From a bacterium (GTDB lineage: Bacteria; Planctomycetota; UBA1135; GCA-002686595), in the NCBI GenBank assembly GCA_030428965.1, contig JAUIEE010000001.1, positions 1 to 43,104 of the forward strand: 43,104 nucleotides of DNA. The letters are read 5' to 3'. The first letter of the stretch is position 1. The number at the start of each line of letters is the position of its first letter. This document shows, one piece after another, positions 26,404 through 36,504 of the stretch. The position numbers were made by a program, and so were the translations under genes. The notes beneath the pieces were generated by a model. That model was not told where the DNA came from. It did no database searches and saw only the letters and a program-made list of their open reading frames with translations.

Positions 26404-26722
26404 GGCTCGCAAGCGAGGGCCGGCCCCCGTGTTCGCGGCCCTGGGCGACGCCACGCGCCTCGAGCTGGTCGCCCGCCTCAGCGACGGCGAGCGACGTTCG
26501 ATCACGGAGCTCACCGAGGGTCTCGCGCTCACCCGCCAGGGCGTCACCAAGCACCTGCGGGTCCTGACCGACGCGGGCCTCGTGAACCGCCAGCGCGTCG
26601 GTCGAGAAAGCCGCTTCGCCCTTCGCCCCAGGGCCATCGGCGACGCCAGGGCCTACCTCGACCGCGTCTCCGCCCAGTGGGGCGAGGCCATCGAGCGGCT
26701 GAGGCGAATCGTCGAGGAGTGA
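26390..26722 (+). CDS. ArsR/SmtB-family transcriptional regulator
   Basis: Winged HTH FAALGDATRLELVARLSDGERRSITELTEGLALTRQGVTKHLRVLTDAGLV. It overlaps the SRPBCC gene by 14 nt. Confidence 0.85.
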   Translation: MSPTRARKRGPAPVFAALGDATRLELVARLSDGERRSITELTEGLALTRQGVTKHLRVLTDAGLVNRQRVGRESRFALRPRAIGDARAYLDRVSAQWGEAIERLRRIVEE

Positions 26723-26929
26723 GGCGAGGAACGTGGGAGGCTGCGCCCGGGTTGGCGTGCGCGCGGAAGGCCCCCACGTGGCTGCTCCCAAGAAAGAAGA
26801 CGATCTCCGCGTTCGCCGCGCTGCCCCTCGCCGCTGGGGTAAGAGAACGCGATCCCCAACTCCCGCAACACTTCTGACCACACGTAGCAACAAGAGCGGG
26901 AGGAGGGGATCGTCGGCTTCCGGCCCGCC

Positions 26930-29900
26930 TCACTCCCCGACAGACACGAGCCGTCCGCCTGCCGCTCCGCCCCCTGGTCCAAGCTCCACCCGCAGGTCGG
27001 CCGCAGCGATCAGGGAGCCCCGGTGCTCCGCCGCCACGATCAGGTGTCCCCGTTCCGCCAGCCGCAGCAACACGCCGGCTAGCCGGTGCACGTCGGACTC
27101 GTGCAAGCCCGTCGCCGGCTCGTCCAGGAGCAACAGCGCCCGCCCCTTCTTGCGCAGGAGCAACCGGGCCAGCCCCAAGCGCTGACGCTCGCCCCCGGAC
27201 AACTCGCTGCTTCGACGCCCCAGCGACAGGTAACCGAGCCCCACCTCGTCCAGGGCTTCGAGGCCCTGACGCAACTTGCCGAGAGGCAGGTCCTCCCGCA
27301 GCTCGTCGCAAGGCGCTTCCAGGAAGCGGGCCACGTTGCGCCCCTCCCAGAGGACCTCCAGCACACTCGTCCGATAGCGCGCGCCACCACAGTCCGAGCA
27401 TGCCACGGCCAGGTCGGCCAGCACGTCCATCGCGATCTCCTCCCGTCCGCTGCCCTTGCACGCCTCACCGCGCCAGGCCGGACTCAGGTAGGAGAAGGCC
27501 GCCTTCTTGGGCTCCGGTCCGTCGACGCAGCTGTGGTAGAGCGCCTGCAACGACGGCATCAGCTCGAGCGAGCTCAACACGGTCTGCCCGACGCCGACGT
27601 CCCGCGAGCTGAGCCGCTCGTCGTAGACAGCCAGCGGAAAGTCCTCGCCTCCGTTCCGCGGTCTCTCGACCCATTCCACGCGCGCACACTCGACCGGCGC
27701 ACCGGCCGCCATCGACGCCCCGAGCACGTCGAACAAGAGCGAGCTCTTCCCGCTCCCCGACACGCCGGTCAGGCACACGAAACCTGCCCCGGGTAGCTCC
27801 ACATCGATCTCCGCCAGGTTGTTGGCCCGCGCAGCGACGATGCGAAAGCGTCCGGTTCCCGCAGCGGACCTGGCACGGCGCCTGGCCACGGTCCCATCCC
27901 CCCGCAGCGCCTTGGCCGTTGGTCCCTCTCCCGCCAGCACGTCGCGCGCCGGCCCCATCTCGACGATGCGCCCGCCCGCTTCGCCGGCCCCCGGCCCGAC
28001 CTCGATCCAGTGGTCGGCCGCCCGAAGCACCTCGGCTCGATGGGACACGACCACCACCGTGTTCCCTTCGTCACACAGGTCCCGCAGCCGGCTCACGAGC
28101 CCCTCCAGGTCACGTGCGTGCAACCCGGCGCCCGGTTCGTCGAGCACGAAGGTCACCCCGGTCAGACCCGACCGCAACATCCCGGCCAAGCGCACCCGCT
28201 GCAGCTCCCCATCGGACAAGGTGCGGCTGCGGCGGTCGAGGGCCAGGTGTCCGAGCCCCAGGGCTTCGAGATCGCCCAGCTTGCCGCGAATCTCCGGCAG
28301 GAGCGCCGTCCCCACCGCAGCGTCTTCGCCCTCCAGCTCGAGCTGCGCCAACGCCGGCCCCAGCTCCTCCACCGTCCGTCCCAGGGCCGCCGGTAAGGTC
28401 CAGGACCCGACCTGAACCTGAGCGGCCTCTTCTCGAAGCCCCGATCCCCGGCAGAGCTCGCAGGGCTCGTCCACGAGGGCCGCCCGCCATTCCGCCGCCT
28501 TCTGACTCCCGGCCCGCCGTCGCGCCTCGCGCTCCACGAGGAACGCAAGGCCTTCCCAGGGCCCTTCGAAGCGATGCATGCCCTCGCGCTTGCCGCGCTT
28601 GAACGACCACTCGACCTCGAGGACCTCGTCCCCCGCTCCGCGCAAGGCGATCTCGCGCACCTCGGCCGTCAGCTCGGCCCAGGGCTTCTCCAGGTCGGCC
28701 GCCGAGCCCAGCCTCGCCTCGAGCGCCGCCTTCAAGGTCGCCACGTACTGCCCGTCGGCCTCGCTGAAGAAGCGCCCGGCCCGCGTCCCCTTCAGCGCTC
28801 CACCGGCCAGGGGCAGCGCGGGGTGCGTCACCAGTCGCTCTTCGGAACAGCGCGCCACGAAGGCTCGTCCTTCACAGGCCGGACAGGCTCCCAGGGTCTG
28901 CTCGCTGCTGAAGTGCGCGGCGCTCCAGCCCGTTCGCCTGCCGTTCAACCGCCCTGCCCGGGACCACAACAGACGCAGCAACGGTCCGATCTCGCTCTGG
29001 GTGGCCACGCTCGAGCGCTCCCCCGCCCGGGCTTGCCCCTGGCGCAGGGCCAGGGTCGGGCCCAAGCCCGTGGCCGTCTCCAGGAGCGGCCGCTCCGCCC
29101 GCCGCAGGAATCGACGCACCTGAAACGGAAGACTCTCGGCGTAGCGCCGCAGGGCTTCCGCGGCCAGGGTGTCGAAGGCCAGCGCAGACTTGCCGCTCCC
29201 CGAAACGCCGGCCACCACCGTCAGCTTCCCGTGGGGAATGGACACGTCCACCCCGGTGAGGTTGTGGGTCCGCACCCCCACCAGACGAATCGCCTCCGGC
29301 ATGGGAACCGCAGCCCGCGCTCCACGTACCTCCGAGAGGGGCCGCAGGTCCGGCTCCACGTCGTCCCGCGTAACGCCGTCCACCACTTCCGTGATCACGT
29401 CCGCGGCGGCCCACAGGTGTCGGTGGTGGGAGATGGCGACCACGGTGTGCCCAGCCTCGACCAGCGCGTCGATCGAGCGCAGCAAGAGCTCCACGTCCGA
29501 GGGGTGCAGCCCGCGGTCCGGCTCGTCGAGCAGCAGGAGGCTCGGCCTGGCATCGACCGTTCCCAGCAGGGTCGCCAGCTTGACGCGCTGGGCCTCGCCC
29601 CGGCTGAGTCGATTCGAAGCGTGCCCCAAGCCCAGGTAGCCGAGCCCCAGCTCCTTCATCGCCGCGCACAGGTTCCGAACGGGCTCGTCGGAGGCGAAGA
29701 ACTCGCAGGCCTCGCCCACGTCCATGCCCAGCACCTCGGCCACGTTCTTGCCCCGGTGCAACACCTCCAGCGTCTCGGCCGCGTAGCGCCCGCCCCCACA
29801 CGCGGGACAGTCCAGCTCCACGTCCTCCATCAGATGCAGCCCGACGCGCCGGAAGCCCAGCCCCGCGCAAGCCGCGCAGCGTCCCTCCTTGTTGTTGTAG

Positions 29901-31645
29901 GAGAAACGCCCGGCCCCCCAGCCCCGCTCGAGGGCCAGAGGCTCGGCGGCGAAGCGCTTGCGCACCAGGTCGAAGATGCCCGACCAGGTGGCGGGCGTGC
30001 TGCGCGGCGTGCGCCCGATGGGTCGGGCGTCGACCGCCTGGAAACCACCCTGGGGCGCGCCTTCCAGCTCACGGAACGAGCCGGCCGCTCCGCCGGCGAG
30101 GGCAGGCAGGAGGGTCCCGAACACGAGCGAGCTCTTGCCGGCCCCCGACGGACCGCAGACCACGTTGAACGCTCCCAGGCGCACGTCGAGGTCCGCGTCC
30201 CGCAGGTTGTGCAAGCTCGCGCCCCGGAGTCGCAGGTGGGCGTGCCCCTCGCGCCGATTCACCTTCCTCTTCGGCGGGGCACCCAGCGGACCTGCAAGCG
30301 CCTCGCTCGCCTCGAGGGGCCCACTCCCAACGATCTCGCCACCCTCGGCCCCGGCACCCGGCCCCAGCCGAACCAGATGGTCGGCGTGCCGCACCATGTC
30401 GGGATCGTGCTCCACGACCACCAGGGTGTTTCCGAGCTCCCGCAGCTCGTCCAGCACCGTCCGCAGGCCTTCCTGCCCCGACGGATGCAGCCCCAGGGTC
30501 GGTTCGTCGAACGCGATCAGCTGTCGTCCCAGGCCCGCCGTCAACTGCGCCGCAAGCCGCAGACGCTGGCCTTCTCCGCCCGACAGCGTGCCGCTCGGTC
30601 GTTCCTGGGCCAGGTGCCCCAGACCCAGCCGCTGCATGCGCACGAGCCGAAGCTCGATCCCCGGTCGCAGCGCCTCCCGGACCGCGGACTCGGGAAGGTC
30701 CCCCAGGGCCCGCCTCAGCTCCCGCACCGGCATGGCCAGGAGCTGCGGCAAACGCCACTTGCCCACCTGCGATTCCCGCCCGGCCCTCGCCAGACGCGAG
30801 CCTTCGCACGCGCTGCAGGCCACGGTCTCGACGAAGCGCAGGATGTTCGCGTTCCGATTGCGCTCGAGCGTCTCCTGGATGACGGGAACGAGCCCGCGGT
30901 AGTAGCCCTCCTCTCGGGGCCGCGCCGTGATCCCCTCCCAGCGCATGCGCGAGGCGATGCTGTGCTTGCCGAAGGGGACCTTGAGGGCCTTCGTCCCGTA
31001 GAGCACGACGCCCTGCTGCTCGTCCGTCAACCTCTCCCAGGGCGTGTCCACGTCGAAGCCGTGGGCGCGACAGATCTGGTCCATCACCTCCACGGTCACC
31101 TGGCTGTAGACCGTGTAGCCGTTCTTCAGGGTCGGCCGCAGGGCCCCCGCGCGAATCGACCTGGAAGGATCCGCGACGATCTTCTCGGGGGCGACCCGAT
31201 CCTCGAGCCCGAGCCCGCCGCAGGCCTCGCAGGCCCCGAGGGGATGGTTGAAGCTGAAGTGGCTGCGGGTCAGCTGCGTGCCTCCCGGGTCTTCGCCCTG
31301 CCGAGCGAACAAGAGCCGCAGGAGATCCAGGACCCCGCTCAGCGTTCCCACGGTCGAGCGCGAGCTGTCCGTCGCCGTCTGTTGCCCCACGACGATCGTC
31401 GCCGGCAGCCCGCGCACCTCGTCGAGCGCGGCCCGTCCCAGCTTCCCGTAGAACTGTCGCGCCCGCGCCGACATCCCGCTCAGGAAGCGCCGCTGCCCCT
31501 CCCGCACGATCGTGTCGACGACGAGTGAGGTCTTGCCCGATCCGGAAGGGCCGACGACCGCCGTCCAGCTCCCGAGCGGCAGGTCCAGGTCCACGTGCTT
31601 CAGGTTGTGCTCGTGAGCACCGCGCAGGGAGAGGACCGTGGCCAT
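26930..31645 (-). CDS. Tandem-duplicated UvrA-like ABC ATPase with four nucleotide-binding modules; both halves lack the UvrB-binding domain (class II-like)
   Basis: Four Walker A motifs: [36 protein letters not shown]. Four signature/Walker B pairs: [87 protein letters not shown]. UvrA-type Zn modules are present ([18 protein letters not shown]...[17 protein letters not shown], ...CSDCGGARY). The second half restarts with [19 protein letters not shown] near 29300. The start is ATG 31645 ([18 protein letters not shown]), which aligns with canonical UvrA N-termini. An alternative GTG at 31684 overlaps the MarC stop. Confidence 0.85.
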   Translation of the reverse strand: MATVLSLRGAHEHNLKHVDLDLPLGSWTAVVGPSGSGKTSLVVDTIVREGQRRFLSGMSARARQFYGKLGRAALDEVRGLPATIVVGQQTATDSSRSTVGTLSGVLDLLRLLFARQGEDPGGTQLTRSHFSFNHPLGACEACGGLGLEDRVAPEKIVADPSRSIRAGALRPTLKNGYTVYSQVTVEVMDQICRAHGFDVDTPWERLTDEQQGVVLYGTKALKVPFGKHSIASRMRWEGITARPREEGYYRGLVPVIQETLERNRNANILRFVETVACSACEGSRLARAGRESQVGKWRLPQLLAMPVRELRRALGDLPESAVREALRPGIELRLVRMQRLGLGHLAQERPSGTLSGGEGQRLRLAAQLTAGLGRQLIAFDEPTLGLHPSGQEGLRTVLDELRELGNTLVVVEHDPDMVRHADHLVRLGPGAGAEGGEIVGSGPLEASEALAGPLGAPPKRKVNRREGHAHLRLRGASLHNLRDADLDVRLGAFNVVCGPSGAGKSSLVFGTLLPALAGGAAGSFRELEGAPQGGFQAVDARPIGRTPRSTPATWSGIFDLVRKRFAAEPLALERGWGAGRFSYNNKEGRCAACAGLGFRRVGLHLMEDVELDCPACGGGRYAAETLEVLHRGKNVAEVLGMDVGEACEFFASDEPVRNLCAAMKELGLGYLGLGHASNRLSRGEAQRVKLATLLGTVDARPSLLLLDEPDRGLHPSDVELLLRSIDALVEAGHTVVAISHHRHLWAAADVITEVVDGVTRDDVEPDLRPLSEVRGARAAVPMPEAIRLVGVRTHNLTGVDVSIPHGKLTVVAGVSGSGKSALAFDTLAAEALRRYAESLPFQVRRFLRRAERPLLETATGLGPTLALRQGQARAGERSSVATQSEIGPLLRLLWSRAGRLNGRRTGWSAAHFSSEQTLGACPACEGRAFVARCSEERLVTHPALPLAGGALKGTRAGRFFSEADGQYVATLKAALEARLGSAADLEKPWAELTAEVREIALRGAGDEVLEVEWSFKRGKREGMHRFEGPWEGLAFLVEREARRRAGSQKAAEWRAALVDEPCELCRGSGLREEAAQVQVGSWTLPAALGRTVEELGPALAQLELEGEDAAVGTALLPEIRGKLGDLEALGLGHLALDRRSRTLSDGELQRVRLAGMLRSGLTGVTFVLDEPGAGLHARDLEGLVSRLRDLCDEGNTVVVVSHRAEVLRAADHWIEVGPGAGEAGGRIVEMGPARDVLAGEGPTAKALRGDGTVARRRARSAAGTGRFRIVAARANNLAEIDVELPGAGFVCLTGVSGSGKSSLLFDVLGASMAAGAPVECARVEWVERPRNGGEDFPLAVYDERLSSRDVGVGQTVLSSLELMPSLQALYHSCVDGPEPKKAAFSYLSPAWRGEACKGSGREEIAMDVLADLAVACSDCGGARYRTSVLEVLWEGRNVARFLEAPCDELREDLPLGKLRQGLEALDEVGLGYLSLGRRSSELSGGERQRLGLARLLLRKKGRALLLLDEPATGLHESDVHRLAGVLLRLAERGHLIVAAEHRGSLIAAADLRVELGPGGGAAGGRLVSVGE

Positions 31646-31680
31646 GGACGCAGCGTACTCTCTCCGGTGGTCGAACCCGC

Positions 31681-32310
31681 TCACCCCGGAGCCGTCAGGA
31701 AGAAAGCCCGGATGCCGGTGAGCACACCGGTCACGGCGACGGAGGAAAGGATCAAGCCCATCACGCGGCTGATCACGCTGGCCCCCCCCGGGCCAATGAT
31801 CTTGTTGACCCCGCTCGCCGCCAGCATGAGGACGAGGGTGATCAAGAGCACGGCGATCATGATCGCCGCCGTCGCCACCTGCTCCACCAGACTGAAGCGC
31901 GTGCTCTCCGTCATGATGACGGCCGCCAGCATGGAGCCCGGCCCTGCGATCGAGGGAATCGCCAGCGGGAAGATGGCCGTCTCCGAGTGACCGCGAGCCA
32001 GCCTCGTCTCCGCGTCCGGCTTGCTCTCCCCGAAGATCATCGAGAGGGCAAAGAGGAACATGACGATCCCGCCCGCGACCTGAAAAGCCGACCGGGGAAT
32101 GTTCATCGCGGCCAGCAAGTACTCGCCCCCGACCACGAAGGCCAGGAGCACCAGCGCCGAGACGAGGGTCGCGATCAAGGCGACGCGACGACGCCCCCGG
32201 GAATCGTAGTCCTTGGTGACCGCCAGGAAGACCGGGATCGTCCCGATCGGGTCGATGACGGCAAAGAAGAAGACGAAGGTGGAGACGAGCTGCGCGACGT
32301 ACGGGTCCAT
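31681..32310 (-). CDS. marC: MarC-family (UPF0056) integral membrane protein
   Basis: The pattern [19 protein letters not shown]...[16 protein letters not shown] matches the MarC family, with six hydrophobic segments. The start is ATG 32310 (MDPYVAQ...). Confidence 0.8.
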   Translation of the reverse strand: MDPYVAQLVSTFVFFFAVIDPIGTIPVFLAVTKDYDSRGRRRVALIATLVSALVLLAFVVGGEYLLAAMNIPRSAFQVAGGIVMFLFALSMIFGESKPDAETRLARGHSETAIFPLAIPSIAGPGSMLAAVIMTESTRFSLVEQVATAAIMIAVLLITLVLMLAASGVNKIIGPGGASVISRVMGLILSSVAVTGVLTGIRAFFLTAPG

Positions 32311-32462
32311 CGGGGCACGATAGCAGCTTCGGGGGCGCACAGAAGCTCGCCCCCCGAGACCCGAGCCGAGATCACGGGACGGGCGGCAACCGAGCAGATA
32401 GGATGGGCGCCACGAGATCGAGGACCGCAGCTCCACCACCCCCGAAACAGCCACCCCACGCC

Positions 32463-32822
32463 ATGGCCACCGCATCCCAGGACGAGCGCATCGCGAAGAT
32501 GACCTTCGCCAGCGTCTACCCCCACTACGTGAACAAGGTCGAGAGGAAGGGGCGCAGCGAACAAGAACTACTGAAAGTGATCCGGTGGCTGACCGGATTC
32601 ACCAAGGCCCAGCTCGACAAGCACATCAAGCAAGAGTCGACCTTCGAAGCCTTCTTCAAGGCCGCCAAGCTCAACCCCAACGCGTCCCTGATCAAGGGCG
32701 TGATCTGCGGCTACCGCGTCGAGGAGATCGAGAACCCTCTGACTCGGAAGACCCGCTACCTGGACAAGCTCGTGGACGAGCTGGCCCGGGGCAAGAAGAT
32801 GGAGAGCATCCTGCGGTCGTAG
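32463..32822 (+). CDS. DUF2200-family small protein
   Basis: [37 protein letters not shown]...[36 protein letters not shown] is the DUF2200 pattern. The start is ATG 32463. The gene is visibly less GC-rich and more Lys-rich than its neighbours. Confidence 0.7.
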   Translation: MATASQDERIAKMTFASVYPHYVNKVERKGRSEQELLKVIRWLTGFTKAQLDKHIKQESTFEAFFKAAKLNPNASLIKGVICGYRVEEIENPLTRKTRYLDKLVDELARGKKMESILRS

Positions 32823-32923
32823 GGCCGCGGCCCTAAGTCCACGACGGTTGCCCGGACCTTGGCGGCGAACGTGAGCCTACGGCCTCGCAAGGCACCAGGA
32901 GTTCAGCCCTCTCGTCGCCAGCA

Positions 32924-33991
32924 TCAGCCATTCCACTCGAAGAGAACGATCTCGGAGCAGAAGGCGGGCCCCATGGCGACCATGAGCCCCGGCGCTCCCG
33001 GCGCGGGGGCGCCCTCCTCCAGCACGTCGTGAAGCACCATCAGGACGGATGTGCTCGAGAGGTTTCCGTGTTCACCGAGCACCTTCCAGGCATGGCGCAC
33101 GTCACGGTCGTCGAGCCCGAGGCCCGTCCGCATCGCGGACAGGACCTTGGGCCCACCTGGGTGACAGACCCAGGAAGCCACGTCGCTCCTCGACATTCCG
33201 TGAGCATCCAGGAACGCGTCGACGTCCGATGCGAGGCGTTCCTCGGCGATGGTCGGAACGGCCGGTGAGAGCACGATGTCGAATCCGCGCTCGGAGATCC
33301 GCCACCCCATCACGTCCTCGGTGTCGGGATAGAACACTGAACGCGTATCGCGCACCCGGAGGCCTTCGATCCCCATCCGGCGAGCACGCTCTTCGCCAAG
33401 GATGACGACGGCGGCCGCTCCATCCCCGAAGAGACCCGAGGAGATCAAGTTCGCGACGGACGTGTCCTCCGCCTGAAAGGTCAAGGAGCACAGCTCGACC
33501 GACAAGAGGACCGCAACTTGATCGGGATAGGCCTTCACGTAGTCCACGGCCCGGGCGATCCCGGCCGCTCCGGCGACGCATCCGAGCCCGAAGATCGGAA
33601 TGCGCTTGATGTCGCTGCGAAAGCCCATCCGGTTGGCCAGGCGTGCATCGAGCGAGGGGCTCGCGATTCCGGTGATGGAGACGGTGAAGATGGCGTCGAT
33701 GTCCTCCGGCACCAGGCCGATCTTGCTCAGCGCCCCATCGACAGCCGCTTCGCCCAGATCTTGCGAGACGCGGATCCAGTGGTCGTTCGACTCACCGAAG
33801 GTGCGCGCGGAGCCATACTCTTCCAGAGGGAGCGCCAAGTAGCGTGACTCGACCTGGGTGTTGGTATGCAAGGAGGCCAGGCGCGACGCAGCGGCAGGCC
33901 GATCCGCCCAGATCTGTTCCAGCTTCTCGCGAATCTCCTGCTGGCTGTAGCGGTGCTCAGGAAATGCGCGCGATACGGATGCGATTCTCAT
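32924..33991 (-). CDS. Type III polyketide synthase (chalcone/stilbene synthase superfamily, alkylresorcinol/alkylpyrone synthase-like)
   Basis: The catalytic Cys is in IFGLGCVAGAAG, the His in WVCHPGGPKVL and the Asn in GEHGNLSSTSVL. The length is 355 aa. The start ATG 33991 overlaps the upstream stop as ATGA. Confidence 0.9.
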   Translation of the reverse strand: MRIASVSRAFPEHRYSQQEIREKLEQIWADRPAAASRLASLHTNTQVESRYLALPLEEYGSARTFGESNDHWIRVSQDLGEAAVDGALSKIGLVPEDIDAIFTVSITGIASPSLDARLANRMGFRSDIKRIPIFGLGCVAGAAGIARAVDYVKAYPDQVAVLLSVELCSLTFQAEDTSVANLISSGLFGDGAAAVVILGEERARRMGIEGLRVRDTRSVFYPDTEDVMGWRISERGFDIVLSPAVPTIAEERLASDVDAFLDAHGMSRSDVASWVCHPGGPKVLSAMRTGLGLDDRDVRHAWKVLGEHGNLSSTSVLMVLHDVLEEGAPAPGAPGLMVAMGPAFCSEIVLFEWNG

Positions 33992-34728
33992 GAAAACAGT
34001 CTCGGAATGAGGTAGGGCACTCTTCGGCGGTAGGCCTCGAAGTTCGTGCCATAGATAGCCGCAAACCGCCGCTCCTTGTAGAGCGGTCCGATTGCGCAGT
34101 AAGCACCCCAAGCGATCGCAATCGCGAGGTGATCCAGGGTCCACACCGGACCTGTCCACAGGACCAGGGCGAAGCCCAGGTAGATCGGTTGCCGGCAATG
34201 CTTGAAGAGGCCCGTCTCTGGTAGATCCGGGTAGCGAGGCCGTCGTCCGCGCCAGGCAGCCGTCCAGCCAATCCAACCGGTCTGGAGCCCCAGCCCCGCA
34301 TCGAACAAGGCCTTGGCGAGGAAGATCCAGGCAGCGGCGAAGGCCCCGATGTGAATCGTCTCCACGATCCCCGCGGGCCGCCACAGGACGATCCCGGACG
34401 GCGACCAGAGACCGAACGTCAGGCCGATCTGAAGTGCGGCGACGAGCGCATAGGTGGTCGGGGACAGCGAGCTCCGGAGGTCGGCCGGTGCCAGGGCTCC
34501 CAGCACCTTCCGGCCTCGCCGGGTCAGCAGGGCCGAGTGGACCAGGGGGAACTGGATCAGCAGGACCCCGTTGACGACGGCGGCAGCGGCACCATCGAAG
34601 GGCCCGATGCTCCTCTCCATGCCCTTGAGCAGCCCCATGGCCATGAGCGCGACCGCGAAGACGAACAGGCCATGGCACGCCAGTCCGTAGACCAGCGCGA
34701 GGGCACGATGTCGTTCTCCGGTGCTCAT
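33988..34728 (-). CDS. Membrane-embedded ICMT/PEMT-family methyltransferase (SrsB/BpsB-like)
   Basis: Multiple TM helices and the C-terminal motif region GLFKHCRQPIYLGFALVLW...YKERRFAAIYGTNFEAYRRRVPYLIP. An AGGAGG ribosome-binding site lies upstream of ATG 34728. The gene has ATGA overlaps at both ends. Confidence 0.8.
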   Translation of the reverse strand: MSTGERHRALALVYGLACHGLFVFAVALMAMGLLKGMERSIGPFDGAAAAVVNGVLLIQFPLVHSALLTRRGRKVLGALAPADLRSSLSPTTYALVAALQIGLTFGLWSPSGIVLWRPAGIVETIHIGAFAAAWIFLAKALFDAGLGLQTGWIGWTAAWRGRRPRYPDLPETGLFKHCRQPIYLGFALVLWTGPVWTLDHLAIAIAWGAYCAIGPLYKERRFAAIYGTNFEAYRRRVPYLIPRLFS

Positions 34729-35369
34729 GCCCCCTCCTTGACCAGGAAGGCACTGTATCCCGGTCCGCGCCGGGATTCCCGCAAGTGAACCGTCCAGGTG
34801 AAAGCCGTCCGCAAGAGCGCGGGTGACTCCCTGACCAGCAGCTGGACGGTCAGTCCCGATTCCCGGGCGTATTCGTGCAGCTCGTCTGGACGAACGAACA
34901 GCCGCGCATCGTGAGTACCCCGAGGTACGAGACCCAGCCCCTCCGCCACGGTGACGACGGCGACGCGGCTTCGCCAGGTTCGGTCGAAGGTGCTCAGGAA
35001 CATCCGGCCGCCGGGCCGCAACAAGCGCGCGGCCTCCCTGAGAGCCGCCGCGGGATCCGAGAGATGTTCGAGCACGTCGGGCACGACGACGAAGTCGAAG
35101 GCGGCGTCGTGGAGCGGACACCGGTACAGATCCGCACGGAGGAAGCGAACCGACAGCTCACACAACTCGGCCTGTGCCCGGGCGGCCCCGATGCTGGCTC
35201 GACCGAGCGCAGGGAGCGGAAGAAGAAGGTCCGACGCTGCTCCTGGGGACCACTCGACCCTCTCGGAATCGAGGGCAACGGCGCGGTCCTCCCGCGCTAC
35301 GACGCTTGGCGCAATGCATGCGCTGGTCGCAGCCATCATCACGATCAAGGCAAAGTGCTGCCCCATCAT
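34725..35369 (-). CDS. Class I (UbiG-like) methyltransferase-fold protein with a degenerate SAM-binding motif I and a hydrophobic N-terminus
   Basis: The C-terminal two thirds align by eye to UbiG-type methyltransferases (FDFVVVPDVLEHLSDPAAALREAARLLRPGGRMFLSTFDRT...VPRGTHDARLFVRPDEL). Where VLDVGCGGG is expected, the sequence reads RVEWSPGAAS. The N-terminus is MMGQHFALIVMMAATSAC. Confidence 0.55.
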   Translation of the reverse strand: MMGQHFALIVMMAATSACIAPSVVAREDRAVALDSERVEWSPGAASDLLLPLPALGRASIGAARAQAELCELSVRFLRADLYRCPLHDAAFDFVVVPDVLEHLSDPAAALREAARLLRPGGRMFLSTFDRTWRSRVAVVTVAEGLGLVPRGTHDARLFVRPDELHEYARESGLTVQLLVRESPALLRTAFTWTVHLRESRRGPGYSAFLVKEGA

Positions 35370-36493
35370 CTCGAGGCCTCCGGCTTGGAGCGGGCACGCA
35401 GGTGCACCCACACGCGGACCTCGTCGTCCATCGAGATGACCCCGAGCTTGTTCGGAACCGGAACGGCGTAGTCCGTGAGCAGCAGTGGCATTTCGCCCTG
35501 GATCACGAGCCGTCGGCTCTCGTCCACGTGCGCCGTGACGTCCATGCTGACTTCCTGGGTCACGCCCCGGATCGTCATCTGACCTGCCAAGCTTCCGGAC
35601 AGGCTCTGGGTCTCCGCATGGATCTCGTGGGGCGTGAGGCGGGTCGCAACGAACGTCATGCCCGCGAACTCGTTCGCTTGAAGGTGTTCGAGCATGGCTT
35701 CGTCCCGACCTTCGAGCCCGGTATCGAGAGTGCTCACATCGACCTCGACCTGCCCTTCGATGCCCTGATCGGGACGGGAAAGATCGAGGCGAAAGTGCCC
35801 ACGTACCCGGTTCGAGATGCCCGTGAAGTCGTGCAGGGTGCTCTTCGCGTCGAAGCCGACGCGGGACAGATCCTCCAGCAGCTCGAAGGTCTGCGTGCCT
35901 TCGAAGCGGAAGTCGCGGGACGGCAGCTTGAAAGCGAGAAAGCTCCGGCCTGACCTTGCCTCGCTGACGCCCACCTCGGGCATCGGCCGCTCGGCGGCTT
36001 CAGCGGCCCTTGCGTTCTCGGCCACCGGTTGTGCAGGTTCCTCGGCCTCGTGCTCGGCCATCGTTCGAGCGGGCGGACGATCCGCTGCGGCAACCCCCGG
36101 CCCGGGCGAGCCTTCGATCGACTCGAGGCGAGTGAGGACGGAGGCGAGAGCTCCTGAGACTTCGCGCGCTTCGAGCGCCAGAGGAAGGGCAGATTCCAGC
36201 TGCCTGATGCGCTCCTCGAGGCGTGCGCGCTCGATACCCTCGGAGCCGTCCCCGTCCTGCACGGCGCTCGCCAGGAGCCCGAAGTTCTCTTGAATGGAGG
36301 TGACCAGAGCATCGAGGTCACTGGAGAGGGTTTCGAGCCGGTCGTCGAGGAGGGCCAGCTCGTCGTCTCCGCCCTCCGCCGTCGGCTGGACGTTGACCTC
36401 GAAGTGTCCCTTGACCCGGTACCAGGCGTAGCTCCCGGCGACGGTCCACGCCAGGAGCGCAACCACGCCGACGGATTGCAGCGCTTTCTTCAT
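35366..36493 (-). CDS. Membrane-anchored protein with a coiled-coil/acidic linker and a C-terminal YceI-like lipid/polyisoprenoid-binding domain
   Basis: N-terminal anchor MKKALQSVGVVALLAWTVAGSYAWY. The C-terminal ~180 aa carry YceI hallmarks (FDAKSTLHDFTG..., VDVSTLDTGLEGRDEAMLEHL, GQMTIRGVTQEV). It is the first gene of the PKS operon. Confidence 0.7.
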   Translation of the reverse strand: MKKALQSVGVVALLAWTVAGSYAWYRVKGHFEVNVQPTAEGGDDELALLDDRLETLSSDLDALVTSIQENFGLLASAVQDGDGSEGIERARLEERIRQLESALPLALEAREVSGALASVLTRLESIEGSPGPGVAAADRPPARTMAEHEAEEPAQPVAENARAAEAAERPMPEVGVSEARSGRSFLAFKLPSRDFRFEGTQTFELLEDLSRVGFDAKSTLHDFTGISNRVRGHFRLDLSRPDQGIEGQVEVDVSTLDTGLEGRDEAMLEHLQANEFAGMTFVATRLTPHEIHAETQSLSGSLAGQMTIRGVTQEVSMDVTAHVDESRRLVIQGEMPLLLTDYAVPVPNKLGVISMDDEVRVWVHLRARSKPEASR

Positions 36494-36504
36494 ACCCCGC
36501 CCTG

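Noticed and set aside
28574-31528. A 984-aa plus-strand ORF opposite the UvrA-like gene
   Set aside because: It is antisense to a gene with four complete ABC ATPase motif sets. Its composition is dominated by Arg/Pro/Gly/Gln with no domain signatures, so it is a GC-driven shadow ORF.
32325-32357. GC-rich imperfect hairpins (AGCTTC...GAAGCT and CGGGGGCG...CGCCCCCCG) in the MarC/DUF2200 divergent spacer
   Set aside because: The stems are short or bulged and are built from G/C runs, which are common in this genome. I cannot distinguish them from chance without folding energies or conservation data.
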